From a virus (taxonomy: Duplodnaviria > Caudoviricetes), in IMG/VR virus record IMGVR_UViG_3300040957_000036, positions 1 to 36,794 of that record: DNA of 36,794 nucleotides; one strand, written 5' to 3'. The notes below the pieces were generated by a model. It had not been told where the DNA came from. It saw nothing but the letters and a program-made list of their open reading frames with translations, and did no database searches. Shown one piece after another: positions 15,219 through 24,439 of the stretch. The position numbers and the translations under genes are program-made. Each line of letters begins with the position of its first letter. Position 1 is the stretch's first letter.

Positions 15219-16682
15219 GTGCCTAGCATCTCCATGGACATAGCGGACTATCCGTACCCTGGACCTTGGGCACCGATGGAGAACCAACGGCTTAGGGTTG
15301 AGTTCCTCCTAAGCCACCAGTATGCGTTCGATTTAAGTGAGACGCGGACGGGCAAGACGGCTACGGCTATCTGGGCGGCTGATTATCTAATGAGACAAGC
15401 GGGCGGGAGTATCCTAGTTCTCGCACCTAAGACAACGCTTACAACAGTTTGGGAGAAGCATTATGCTAATTTGGTCGGGGATAGCGGTATCTCTTACTAC
15501 GTTCTATCTGGTAGTAATGCTACACGCGCTAAACAAATATCCGAGGCTTCGGGTTGCGCTTTCATATCTAATTATGAGTGTCTGTTGTCTACTGCTGTGC
15601 GCAATGCTATACATGCCTCTGACATACACACGATAGTGGTAGATGAGTGTAGTAAGTTCAAGCACTACAAGCACCACAAAGGAGACAGCCAGTCTCTACA
15701 TACTGGCCTTCGTGAAATCGCTATAGATAGGAATGTTTGGGGATTAACCGCTACGCCTATGGCGAATAGCCCCATGAATGCTTATGGGGTAGCCCGGGCA
15801 ATCCGGCAGGACTATCGCGAGGCCATGACCCGGTTTAGGAACCGGACGCATACCCACGTAGATCAGTTTACTTGGGTGCCTACAGAGCATGCTGTTGAGG
15901 CTGTGTACAATATCCTTCAACCATCTATCAGAGTCTTAAGAGAGGACTGCTATGCAATTCCCGATGCAACCACTGAGCGGCGACTTGTCGGCCTTGGAAG
16001 CGACGCTGAAAAAGCGTACAAGCTTCTTAGAAAAGAAGCCTACATTCAACTCGGCGGAGGAAAGTCTATTACTGCTGTACACGAAGCTTCTCTTAGAAAT
16101 AAGCTTCTTCAGATTGCAGGCGGAGCTGCTTACACAAGCGATGGAAGCTTCGCCTTCGATCCGGGAGAGCGAGCAAGAGAAGTCCTAAATATCCTAGAGA
16201 ATACGGATGATAAGGTAGTTATCCTTGTTCCCTATCGGAACCAGTTGGAGCTTGTTAAGGAGTTTGTAACTAAAGGTCACCTAAGTACAGGTGTGGATAG
16301 AAACGTAACCAAAGCGGGGTATACGTGCGCGTGCATCCACGGCGATGTGAGCGCGAAGGAGCGGGGGCGAATCATTGACTTGTTCGAGCGCACGAGGCAC
16401 CCCCGCGTGCTTGCGGCGGACCCGCGCACATTGAGTCATGGGGTTGAGCTTTCAGCTGCGGGAACAGTTATTTTTTACTTGCCCGTAGACAGCAACGAGG
16501 TATATCGTCAAGCATGTGATCGGCCCATTCACCGGGGGCAGACGAAGGGCGTATCGATCATCCAGTTATGCGGAACCCCCGAAGAAGCTAAGATTTATGA
16601 TCGCTTGGAGAAAAGACAGTCTCTCCAAGGCGTGCTACTGGAGTGCCTAAGTGATGCCAGCCGACAAGATAGGGATAGATAA
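15219..16682 (+). CDS. SNF2-family (SF2) helicase
   Basis: ETRTGKT, VLAPK, VVDECS, LTATP, HGVELSAA, QACDRPIHRGQ. Confidence 0.92.
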   Translation: MPSISMDIADYPYPGPWAPMENQRLRVEFLLSHQYAFDLSETRTGKTATAIWAADYLMRQAGGSILVLAPKTTLTTVWEKHYANLVGDSGISYYVLSGSNATRAKQISEASGCAFISNYECLLSTAVRNAIHASDIHTIVVDECSKFKHYKHHKGDSQSLHTGLREIAIDRNVWGLTATPMANSPMNAYGVARAIRQDYREAMTRFRNRTHTHVDQFTWVPTEHAVEAVYNILQPSIRVLREDCYAIPDATTERRLVGLGSDAEKAYKLLRKEAYIQLGGGKSITAVHEASLRNKLLQIAGGAAYTSDGSFAFDPGERAREVLNILENTDDKVVILVPYRNQLELVKEFVTKGHLSTGVDRNVTKAGYTCACIHGDVSAKERGRIIDLFERTRHPRVLAADPRTLSHGVELSAAGTVIFYLPVDSNEVYRQACDRPIHRGQTKGVSIIQLCGTPEEAKIYDRLEKRQSLQGVLLECLSDASRQDRDR

Positions 16683-17157
16683 GCTTAGGGAGTTGCTTAC
16701 CTATGAACCGGAAACCGGGGATATTAGGTGGAAGGTAAAGAAAGGAACAAAGGGTAGGCCGGGTAAACTAGCCGGGTCTACACACAAAGATCATGATACT
16801 TATTACCTTCGTGTCATGATAGACTATAAGGGATACTGTGGGCACCATATCGCCTTCGCACTCTACTATGGTAGGTGGCCCGATAGGGTGGACCACGAAG
16901 ACCACAACGGGCTTAACAACAGGATAAGTAACTTAAGAGAAGCTACTGCGTCGCAGAATCAGCATAATCGCGGAGCGCAAAGAAACAATAAGCTGGGGGT
17001 TAAGGGCGTGCATGTGCAGCGGGGTGCCTATGTAGCACAGATATACCTGTACAATAAGCATATTTACCTTGGTAGGTACAAGACTATAGAAGCAGCTAGT
17101 AGGGCATACCAAGAAGCAGCCATAAAGCTACATGGCGAGTTTGCTAGGGTAGCTTAG
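16651..17157 (+). CDS. HNH-AP2 homing endonuclease
   Basis: LTYEPETG, VDHEDHNGLNNRISNLREAT..QN, NKLGVKGV, YLGRY..AASRAY..LHGEFA. Confidence 0.92.
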   Translation: MMPADKIGIDKLRELLTYEPETGDIRWKVKKGTKGRPGKLAGSTHKDHDTYYLRVMIDYKGYCGHHIAFALYYGRWPDRVDHEDHNGLNNRISNLREATASQNQHNRGAQRNNKLGVKGVHVQRGAYVAQIYLYNKHIYLGRYKTIEAASRAYQEAAIKLHGEFARVA

Positions 17158-17170
17158 AAAGAAGGGGAAC

Positions 17171-17572
17171 ATGGAAGAGCCGCAATATGACCTAACAGAG
17201 ACTATCGAGGCTTGGAGGTCTCTGAGGGACGATGTTAAGGAACGGGAAAAAGCTTTTGAGGAGTCCCTAGCTGAGGATAAGACTACAGTTAAAGAGCTTG
17301 AGGGTATGGTGCTTGCTAAGCTCCATGAACTTAGGCTTACCTCTGTCAAGATCGACGGCAAGGGTACCGCCTATACCTCCAAACGCACTTCCGCGAAGGT
17401 TGAAAGTCCCGAAGAGTTCTTTGGGTTCGTACTGGAGACTGGCCGGACGGAGCTGCTGGAGGCTCGCGCGAGCAAGAAGGCAGTCGAAGAGTACATAGAG
17501 GCGGAAAAGGTACCGCCTCCAGGGATACGTGTAGAGGTAGCGGAGGGGCTAAATTTTAGGAGCAAACAATGA
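17171..17572 (+). CDS. Conserved phage hypothetical protein of replication modules
   Basis: RBS AAGGGGA; N-terminal coiled coil, GTAY, LLEARASK, PPGI. Confidence 0.75.
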   Translation: MEEPQYDLTETIEAWRSLRDDVKEREKAFEESLAEDKTTVKELEGMVLAKLHELRLTSVKIDGKGTAYTSKRTSAKVESPEEFFGFVLETGRTELLEARASKKAVEEYIEAEKVPPPGIRVEVAEGLNFRSKQ

Positions 17573-17880
17573 GCTTAGAAGAACTAAAGGAACCTCAACA
17601 AGAGGCTACAAACAAGTTCGTTAACCAAGTTCGTACTACGGTTGACGAGATCGCGGTGAAGAACTTGGGGGTTAGCTTTATCGTCCTAGCAATTAGCCAG
17701 CAAGGACAGATGATAACAGTTAGCACCAATACCCTCCCTGATCCCCTTACAAGGATAAACCTTCTAGCTGAGGCTATTAAAGCGGAAGGTATGAACTTGC
17801 AACAAGTGCTGCACCAAGCCGCGCACGCTGAAACTGTGCGACTCGTTCAAGAATCTATCAAAGCTATGACTAAGAACTAA
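17569..17880 (+). CDS. Hypothetical protein
   Basis: RBS TAGGAG; ATGA overlap. Confidence 0.7.
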   Translation: MSLEELKEPQQEATNKFVNQVRTTVDEIAVKNLGVSFIVLAISQQGQMITVSTNTLPDPLTRINLLAEAIKAEGMNLQQVLHQAAHAETVRLVQESIKAMTKN

Positions 17881-17892
17881 ACAGGAGCAAAC

Positions 17893-18912
17893 ATGCAAAT
17901 ACCCACCCATCTCGCTAAGTTCGCACAGAAATTTAACTCCGTGAGCCAGTTCGCAATGCCGCAAGGCCAAGCGTTCCCACGTATCTCCATCGGCAAGGAA
18001 CGGTTTACTGCCGTCGATGCCGAAGGCGAAGAGACGCTGCTTGGCCTCGACAATTTCGAGTTTGTCACCGTGGCGAGCAACCCGGCCACCTCGAAAATTC
18101 ACTTCGACGGCCCTTATGTGCCCGGTAGCGATACCCCGCCCGATTGCTACTCGCACAATGGCTATTACCCGGATGTACGCTCGTCGGCACCCCAATGCGA
18201 ATCGTGTACATTGTGCCCGCATAACCGTTGGGGCTCGGCAAAGTCCAACATGACGGGCAAGGATATCAAAGCCTGCCAGGACTTTAAAATGCTCGCGGTG
18301 GAGCCTTTGCACAATGAAGTCCAAGGGGTGCACCAGTTTCGCATTTCTCCCGGTGCGCTTAAGAATTGGAGCCGTTACCTCAACGAGCTGCGTAAGATCG
18401 GCGCGGAGTGTGGGCTCTCCGAGCTAACCCCCGATCTTGTTATTACTAGGGCTAGCTGGGCTGACAAGAATGTCATGGGCTTTGAGTTCGTTGACTTCCT
18501 CGATGAAGACCTGTGCGTTTATGTTGCCGAACTCAAAGAGGCTAACGAGTTCGAGAGCTGGATTGGCCTTGATAGCCAGTCTCAAGCATATCCCACAATT
18601 GCGGCGCAGCCGCGTGAACAGCATCAACGGCTGGCGGCACCCGCCAAGCGGCCTGACCCCGCGGCTGTCCAGGAGGCTGAAGTAATCGAGGAAAAGCCCG
18701 CACGATCACGCCCACGTTCAAGGACGGAAGCGCTTGAGACGGCAAAGGAGCCTGTAGGCCGGTCAAGCAGGCATTCGCGCGGGGAAGACGAGCCCGTTCC
18801 TGGCAAGGCCCTCGCCGAGGCGCGCGCCCTTGGTGCCCGGCAAGGTGAGCGTAAGCTGACACCCGTCGAGATTGCCCAGCAACGCGCGCGGGCGAGCATG
18901 GGCCGCTCGTAA
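17893..18912 (+). CDS. Probable ssDNA-binding protein with Cys-rich insert
   Basis: FPRISIG, PDCYS, CESCTLCP..WGS, KAC; disordered C-terminal tail; lies between helicase and primase. SSB function is inference. Confidence 0.6.
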   Translation: MQIPTHLAKFAQKFNSVSQFAMPQGQAFPRISIGKERFTAVDAEGEETLLGLDNFEFVTVASNPATSKIHFDGPYVPGSDTPPDCYSHNGYYPDVRSSAPQCESCTLCPHNRWGSAKSNMTGKDIKACQDFKMLAVEPLHNEVQGVHQFRISPGALKNWSRYLNELRKIGAECGLSELTPDLVITRASWADKNVMGFEFVDFLDEDLCVYVAELKEANEFESWIGLDSQSQAYPTIAAQPREQHQRLAAPAKRPDPAAVQEAEVIEEKPARSRPRSRTEALETAKEPVGRSSRHSRGEDEPVPGKALAEARALGARQGERKLTPVEIAQQRARASMGRS

Positions 18913-18932
18913 ACTCTCCCTGACAGCCTGAG

Positions 18933-18956
18933 GGGGGCCAGTGGCCCCCTTATTTT
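18933..18956 (+). terminator. Rho-independent terminator
   Basis: GGGGGCC-agt-GGCCCCC-TTATTTT. Confidence 0.6.
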
Positions 18957-18971
18957 GTCGAGGGGGGAGAG

Positions 18972-21863
18972 ATGGACGGGCATGAGTTAGCACGGTTCTA
19001 CAGCGCGTTGTGGGGACCGGCCGGGCATCGCTGCTTGGCGCAGCCTTACCCAAGTGGCAAGGGGTTTCAGCATTTTTGGGGGGCTACTACGGACGAGCTG
19101 CTGTCTACCCATAAGTACCGGCTACGGCACCCGTCCATGTTCCATAGTGTAGCCACGTACCGGAGAGTAGACGCGGGGGACAGGCTTAAGGAAGGGGTAA
19201 AACTAGGAGAGCTAAGGCGGTTTAAGCAGCTAGTTCTGTGGAGCAAGTGTGGACATAACGAGATAGACCTCAGAGAAGGGGAGGACAGCTATGCTGACAT
19301 TGACGGAGTTATGCGAGGAATTGAACCTCTTGAAAATGAGCTTAACCAGAGAGCTATCGTTATCTGGAGCGGAAGTGGAGTCCATCTCTATTGGCCTTAC
19401 ACCCAGGGGGTTGACAATAACACTTGGTGGAGTGATTGTCTTTATCGAGAAACGTTATTTCGACGCTTCGAAATCAAAGGACATGACAGCCCGGTTGCAA
19501 GAGATCGCACCCGGTTACTTCGTGTGCCAGGGTCTATCAACGAAAAGTACCAGCGACCAGTTGAGCTTATTAGATGGCATGATTGCGAACGAACCCCAAG
19601 ATACATCCCGCAAATAGCCATAGACCTTACTGAGGAAGACCAGAAGAACCAAGACCGGCGTTACAAGCACCTAACGCCGGAGCTTGTCTTGGATCATTGT
19701 GCCCAGCTTCGTCAGCTTAGGGATAACCCTGAGAGACAAACTTACAACGAGTGGCTGGGCTGTGCTTCAGTGCTTAGGCGCGTGCCTGGGGGCCGGGAGA
19801 GGTTCCTAGAGTGGAGCGCTAAGGACAAAGAAAGGTTCGACTACGATGTTGCGGAAGAAAAGATGGACTCACTTACGGGTCAAGACGCGCAAACATGCGA
19901 GAGATTTCTGGAAGCTAGCGTCAGTAGTGCGTGCGAGGGGTGTAAAGCGTGCGGGCGTTCTACGAATCCTCTTAAGGAATCGTTGCAGGGTATACAATCG
20001 AGTCTTCCTATTATCGAACCGGCCGATATCCCGCTCCCGGAAGGCTATAGCCACCTCAACGGTAAAATCGTCGTTGGGCAGAATAACCCAGTCCTCAAAG
20101 GCCAAAATGGGCTACCGGTCGCCTCCACCCCGTTCATGGTCGATGGCCTCTACATCGATGAGGCGAGCCATGCAAAGACAGTTCTTTTGCGCTACCTCGA
20201 AAGTAACGGGAAGGAATGGAAAACGATCTCAGCACCTCAGAGCAAAGCTCTATCTCAACCGATGCAATGCTTTGGCAACCATCTTGCAATAACCGATAGG
20301 GCTAGAGCCTACATTTTCGACTCACTCAGTTGTTATGAGCGGCGTATCATGGACGAAGGAAGAGACAGCCTACTCCCCGTAGTTAAGTACATGGGCTGGC
20401 ATAAGAGTACCAAGGGTGAGTATTGCTTCAACTACGGGGACAAGGTAATAAGCGAGAAGGGAGTATATAGGGTAATAGTTGATTCTAGCAACCCTAGAAT
20501 GAGTGAGCTAACTAACTTGATGGAGGTGGGGGAAAATGAGCCGGCCACAATTGAGCGCCTGTATCAAGACTGGCAAGTGCTGGCATGTGAATATGCTCAT
20601 GACGCAAGTGTGCCCATGGGTTGCAAGGTATTCTTTCTCCTTGGGTTCGTTGCACCTACCGTGCGGCTTATTGCGGAAGGCCATCAATTCGGCGGACTTG
20701 TTGCCAACATCTGGGGAGAAACCAGTTGGGGAAAAACCCTTGCCCTCACAGCCGCAACCGGCATCTACGGACGGCCGAAGCTGATCCTCCCAATCAACAT
20801 CTCCGAAGCCGCACTCTACCATGCTATAAGCTGCACCCCGAACCTCCCTATCTGCATTGACGAGTTCACGTCCTCGCAAATCGTCAAGGGCGGGGCCAAG
20901 GCCATTCACGATTTCGTGAAGTCATTCGCGGATGGCAGCTCGCCAGCGAGAATGAACGCGGACGGCACCCCCCGGCCGTCGAAGAGTTGGAACACGCTGG
21001 CGTTGACTGCGGCGAACGAGCGCTATGTGGACCTCATGCGAGCCCATGGAGGCCAGGACGATGTGCGGGCGGCTGAGATGCGCGTCGTGGAGCTGCCGCT
21101 GCCGGGGGCCGAGGAGAAAGCGCATATGGATTGCCTGAGATCGCAGGACTACAGCGCGTTTTCGAGGCTCTGCGGGCTCGCTGGGCCGCGCTGGGTGCGC
21201 CATCTGTGCAAGCCGAGCGTCCAGGCGAGCCTCAATGCGTTCGTCGCGGGCTATAAGTGCGACCAACTGCCACAGGAGGCCCGGTACCTCGTGCGGCTGG
21301 CTGCGCTCATGGAGTGGACCATGAAGGAGCTATGGAGCGAGTCCCGGCCGATGTGGCTTGAAGATGGGTGTTTGGGAATGGTCAAGTTCCCAGCTAGGGA
21401 GGTCATGGACTATTACTTTGAGAGCCAGGTAGGCCATACGAAAGAGAGCAAGGCGGTGCATGCGTTGCCCGCTATTCAGCAATCGATCCTTAACTTTTTG
21501 GATGATAATAAAGACAAGTGCGCAATCTATAATAGCTACCCAAAGGGGGAAGTAGCCGCACAAAGGCGCATGAAGGAGATGCGCCCGACGAACGACGACT
21601 TGCCTAGAATTAGGAACGGGGAGGCTACTAACAGCTTCGTCACTGATATCAGGATGCACTATATTCCGCATAACGCTTTGATGTCGTACCACAATAAGCG
21701 TATGGGGACTAGGGGCTTTACGAACGAGATAGAGAGGCTATTAAAAGAAGGGGTGACGAAGAAAGTCTTGCACAGAGTTAGCGGTTACATTAACTATGAA
21801 CGTGGTGAGGAGCCTTGTTGGAGGTTTCCTAGAGACGTAATAGAGAAATGGATGAGGGGGTGA
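18972..21863 (+). CDS. Primase-helicase (AEP/RepB-like + PriCT + Zn finger + DUF927-type ATPase)
   Basis: NEID, SGSGVHLYW, RLLRVPGS; YNEW..FLEWS; TCE..CEGCKAC; Walker A GETSWGKT, Walker B ICIDE. Confidence 0.88.
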   Translation: MDGHELARFYSALWGPAGHRCLAQPYPSGKGFQHFWGATTDELLSTHKYRLRHPSMFHSVATYRRVDAGDRLKEGVKLGELRRFKQLVLWSKCGHNEIDLREGEDSYADIDGVMRGIEPLENELNQRAIVIWSGSGVHLYWPYTQGVDNNTWWSDCLYRETLFRRFEIKGHDSPVARDRTRLLRVPGSINEKYQRPVELIRWHDCERTPRYIPQIAIDLTEEDQKNQDRRYKHLTPELVLDHCAQLRQLRDNPERQTYNEWLGCASVLRRVPGGRERFLEWSAKDKERFDYDVAEEKMDSLTGQDAQTCERFLEASVSSACEGCKACGRSTNPLKESLQGIQSSLPIIEPADIPLPEGYSHLNGKIVVGQNNPVLKGQNGLPVASTPFMVDGLYIDEASHAKTVLLRYLESNGKEWKTISAPQSKALSQPMQCFGNHLAITDRARAYIFDSLSCYERRIMDEGRDSLLPVVKYMGWHKSTKGEYCFNYGDKVISEKGVYRVIVDSSNPRMSELTNLMEVGENEPATIERLYQDWQVLACEYAHDASVPMGCKVFFLLGFVAPTVRLIAEGHQFGGLVANIWGETSWGKTLALTAATGIYGRPKLILPINISEAALYHAISCTPNLPICIDEFTSSQIVKGGAKAIHDFVKSFADGSSPARMNADGTPRPSKSWNTLALTAANERYVDLMRAHGGQDDVRAAEMRVVELPLPGAEEKAHMDCLRSQDYSAFSRLCGLAGPRWVRHLCKPSVQASLNAFVAGYKCDQLPQEARYLVRLAALMEWTMKELWSESRPMWLEDGCLGMVKFPAREVMDYYFESQVGHTKESKAVHALPAIQQSILNFLDDNKDKCAIYNSYPKGEVAAQRRMKEMRPTNDDLPRIRNGEATNSFVTDIRMHYIPHNALMSYHNKRMGTRGFTNEIERLLKEGVTKKVLHRVSGYINYERGEEPCWRFPRDVIEKWMRG

Positions 21864-21874
21864 GTTTGCCAGGA

Positions 21875-22327
21875 TTAAGTAGCTTTAAGCTCCAGAGTTG
21901 CTTTGTATTCCGCTTCCCTCGCGTCTCTCAAGCGGTATAAATGAGGTTGCTCCGCGCGGATTGCACGCAACGCGGCAAGGTGGTCCCTTTGGACCTCCTT
22001 CGCCTTCTTGGCGGTATAGGAGATTTCATCGCGCTTGAAGTCCTGAAGCATGAACAGCTCGCGCCACCTCGATTGCTCCTTAGCCCAGATGGTCCCGCAG
22101 AACTTAGCAGGCAAGGAAATAATCTGCTCTACCTGCCGGAAGCATTCGAGCTGCACCCGCGAGAATCGCGCTTCCTTGTCCCGCTCGAGCACGTCGCCTA
22201 CGGTAGCCGCGAGATATTGGGCAGAAGGCTTGGCAGCCTTGCGGGCACCCCCGCAACAGGGACAGGTGCCCTCAGCGGCCTCTAGGGCTTCCAGGTCGAT
22301 GATATCTAAAGGTTGAACGGTGCACAT
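21875..22327 (-). CDS. Hypothetical protein with CPCC motif
   Basis: RBS TAAGGAG; 150 aa; has its own predicted promoter. Confidence 0.7.
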   Translation of the reverse strand: MCTVQPLDIIDLEALEAAEGTCPCCGGARKAAKPSAQYLAATVGDVLERDKEARFSRVQLECFRQVEQIISLPAKFCGTIWAKEQSRWRELFMLQDFKRDEISYTAKKAKEVQRDHLAALRAIRAEQPHLYRLRDAREAEYKATLELKAT

Positions 22328-22375
22328 GGCTTTACTCCTTAGGGAGTATATAGCCTACTTATAGCGAAATTGCAA
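22328..22375 (-). promoter_or_regulatory. Sigma70-like promoter overlapping an RBS-sequestering hairpin
   Basis: TTGCAA(22370-75)-17nt-TATATA(22347-52); hairpin GGCT-ata-TACTCC-ctaa-GGAGTA-a-AGCC immediately before ATG. Confidence 0.6.
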
Positions 22376-23644
22376 CCCATACCCGTGCCTTTGGAGCTTA
22401 GGGAGTTTCTTCTTAAGGCAAAATCCAACATCATTCCTGAACATCATAGAATTGGGGATGTGGATTTCCTTGACGTTCGCATAGGCATTATCGGATGCCT
22501 CTTTGATCGTCGCCCCGTGGCCGGTGATGCAGCACACGTTGTCCCCGGCCGTCACCCACTCGCCCTCTCTTGTCTTCTTCATCTGGTAGGGGTGGTGGTG
22601 AAGGTTGTCCTCGGAAAACCCAAAGACGGGTATCCCGTTGACTTCCTTACCCGTTAGATGAGAATAAGGAAAGTCTGGAATAGCAAGTACAACACCGCAA
22701 GTAACAACGTTGGGCTTAAAAGTAGGAGCGCGATGGTGATAGAGATTTTCAACGAAGTCTCCTTTGTTAATGGAGACTTGGAGTTGAAAGCACGGCCATC
22801 CCGGACGGCAAGTGAACTCAAGCGGGTACACTTTGCCATTGTTAGCTACAATACAGTTGAGGTTAATAAAGCCACAATACCTGTGACTGCGTAAGTGCTC
22901 AGTAAGAGGAGTGAGAACACTATCAGCGAAGGGTGACGATCTAAAAGCGGCATTAATCGTTCCCATCTCCCCTGTAGCAGGGCCGATATCGCCAGCCAGG
23001 AACTTCTTATGCTCAAAGGACTCATGGAAAGGTCCACTCCATCCCTCACCGTCGAACCAGCCTTCTGCACCGAATTCTATCCCCTCTATGAAGTCTTGTA
23101 GCATAAACTGCTGCTTAAGCTTACCAAGCTTCTTCCAGCGTTGAAGCATGTATACCATGTCTTCGGGTGACTTGGCAACGTAAGTCAGTGATTTGTCGTC
23201 TTGATCGTTACCGAATGGTTTGGACACAAGACGTGTGTCTCGCTTTTGCACGTAGGCGATGGCTTGGCCGTAGTCGGAGAAGACTTTGTAGGGGGCCACA
23301 GGAATAGCATAACGAGCAAGCAAATCTTGGCCGTACTGACGGTCACTTTCCCACCTCGCGTGTTCCTTAGTTGGACCTATCCAGACAGTAGACTTAGGCG
23401 TTAGCTCCCTAAGTTTGTCGAAGGTGTGCATGAGGTTAGCGTTGTCAGCAATAAAAACAACGTCTGCATCTTTGATAGCGCGATCTAGGTTTCCACGAAC
23501 CCGCTTAACTACGTTGTCCCCTATAGTCCTAGTGTGAGAAGTATCCTTAATAAAATGAACAACGTTAGCACCTTGACTCTGCGCTAATAATGCTACATCT
23601 AAAGCCAGTCCATCAGGATCGAGCAACACGAATTTAAGCGACAC
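22355..23644 (-). CDS. PurD-like ATP-grasp amide ligase (divergent)
   Basis: WESDRQYG, LQDFIEGIE, EHKKFLAGDIGPATGEMG (cf. PurD DHKR..DGDTGPNTGGMG), LEFTCRPGWP (cf. EFNCRFGDP), FRNDVG. Start probably GTG 23644 after GGGGAG (ATG 23659 alternative). Confidence 0.85.
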   Translation of the reverse strand: MSLKFVLLDPDGLALDVALLAQSQGANVVHFIKDTSHTRTIGDNVVKRVRGNLDRAIKDADVVFIADNANLMHTFDKLRELTPKSTVWIGPTKEHARWESDRQYGQDLLARYAIPVAPYKVFSDYGQAIAYVQKRDTRLVSKPFGNDQDDKSLTYVAKSPEDMVYMLQRWKKLGKLKQQFMLQDFIEGIEFGAEGWFDGEGWSGPFHESFEHKKFLAGDIGPATGEMGTINAAFRSSPFADSVLTPLTEHLRSHRYCGFINLNCIVANNGKVYPLEFTCRPGWPCFQLQVSINKGDFVENLYHHRAPTFKPNVVTCGVVLAIPDFPYSHLTGKEVNGIPVFGFSEDNLHHHPYQMKKTREGEWVTAGDNVCCITGHGATIKEASDNAYANVKEIHIPNSMMFRNDVGFCLKKKLPKLQRHGYGLQFRYK

Positions 23645-24134
23645 GAGCAAACTCCCCATGCAGCTCTTTAGCTGCTAAGCAATAAACTACATGAGCCTCT
23701 TCTGGAGTAGCATATGTTCCTAAATGATACTGCTTACCAGATTTATTTATATAGGCTCTGTATTTTCCTTTTTTCTTAGATACACCCTTGAATCCAGTAG
23801 TGTTGTTAGCCTGGATACCAATGTTGCACGCATTATTTTGGTGGGTTCCGTCTCGTAAATTATCAATAGCATTATTAAGTCCATCTAAGTCCTTATGGTC
23901 TAGCTCACCCTCTGGCCAAGTACCATAATATATCGCCCAAGCTAAGTTATGTGCTCCGTAGCTCTTGCCAAATATGCCCACTCGTAAGTATAAACTTTTA
24001 CCAGTACCTTTATAGGCATTCCCAGCTTCAGCACCAACTACTACCTTCACGCTAATTTTCTTCGCCCAGAAAAGCTTACCACTTACCGGGTCATACTTAA
24101 GCACTTCTTTTAACCGATCTATAGTAAGTTCCAT
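23634..24134 (-). CDS. HNH-AP2 homing endonuclease
   Basis: LKYDPVSG, LDHKDLDGLNNAIDNLR, NTTGFKGV, HLGTY..LHGEFARVA. Confidence 0.92.
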   Translation of the reverse strand: MELTIDRLKEVLKYDPVSGKLFWAKKISVKVVVGAEAGNAYKGTGKSLYLRVGIFGKSYGAHNLAWAIYYGTWPEGELDHKDLDGLNNAIDNLRDGTHQNNACNIGIQANNTTGFKGVSKKKGKYRAYINKSGKQYHLGTYATPEEAHVVYCLAAKELHGEFARVA

Positions 24135-24141
24135 TTGTTGC

Positions 24142-24168
24142 TACCCCCTAGTTGTTAGCTAGGGGGTA
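24142..24168 (-). promoter_or_regulatory. Hairpin sequestering the HNH RBS
   Basis: Minus strand TACCCCCTAG-ctaacaa-CTAGGGGGTA-gcaacaa-ATG (10-bp stem covering AGGGGG). Confidence 0.75.
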
Positions 24169-24179
24169 CCACACCTCGA

Positions 24180-24194
24180 TTAACAAATGATTAA
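24180..24194. promoter_or_regulatory. CtrA-box consensus
   Basis: TTAA-caaatga-TTAA in a 78-bp intergenic gap. Confidence 0.5.
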
Positions 24195-24212
24195 GCCCAT
24201 TTCTTCTTAGCT

Positions 24213-24428
24213 TCACGTATTGGCGACCGTGTAGACAATAGAGTAGTCAATGTTGTTAATGTTGACCTTGATCGTTGTACCCGCACTAACGGGGGTATTC
24301 GCCACGTTGATGTAGTTAGCCACGTCCTCTACGATGCGCGAGACAAGCGAGGCGTCGGTGAAGTACGCATCGGTGATGCCTGAGGTTGTCGTCGTGGCCG
24401 CGATAGTGACTGTACAAGTTGCAGACAT
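24213..24428 (-). CDS. Small hypothetical, possibly virion protein
   Basis: RBS AAAGGAG; Thr/Val/Asn-rich, 71 aa. Confidence 0.7.
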   Translation of the reverse strand: MSATCTVTIAATTTTSGITDAYFTDASLVSRIVEDVANYINVANTPVSAGTTIKVNINNIDYSIVYTVANT

Positions 24429-24439
24429 AACTTACTCCT

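Noticed and set aside
22355-23644. Calling the gene purD (purine auxiliary metabolic gene)
   Set aside because: Signature substrate and ATP loops are replaced and no other pur genes are present.
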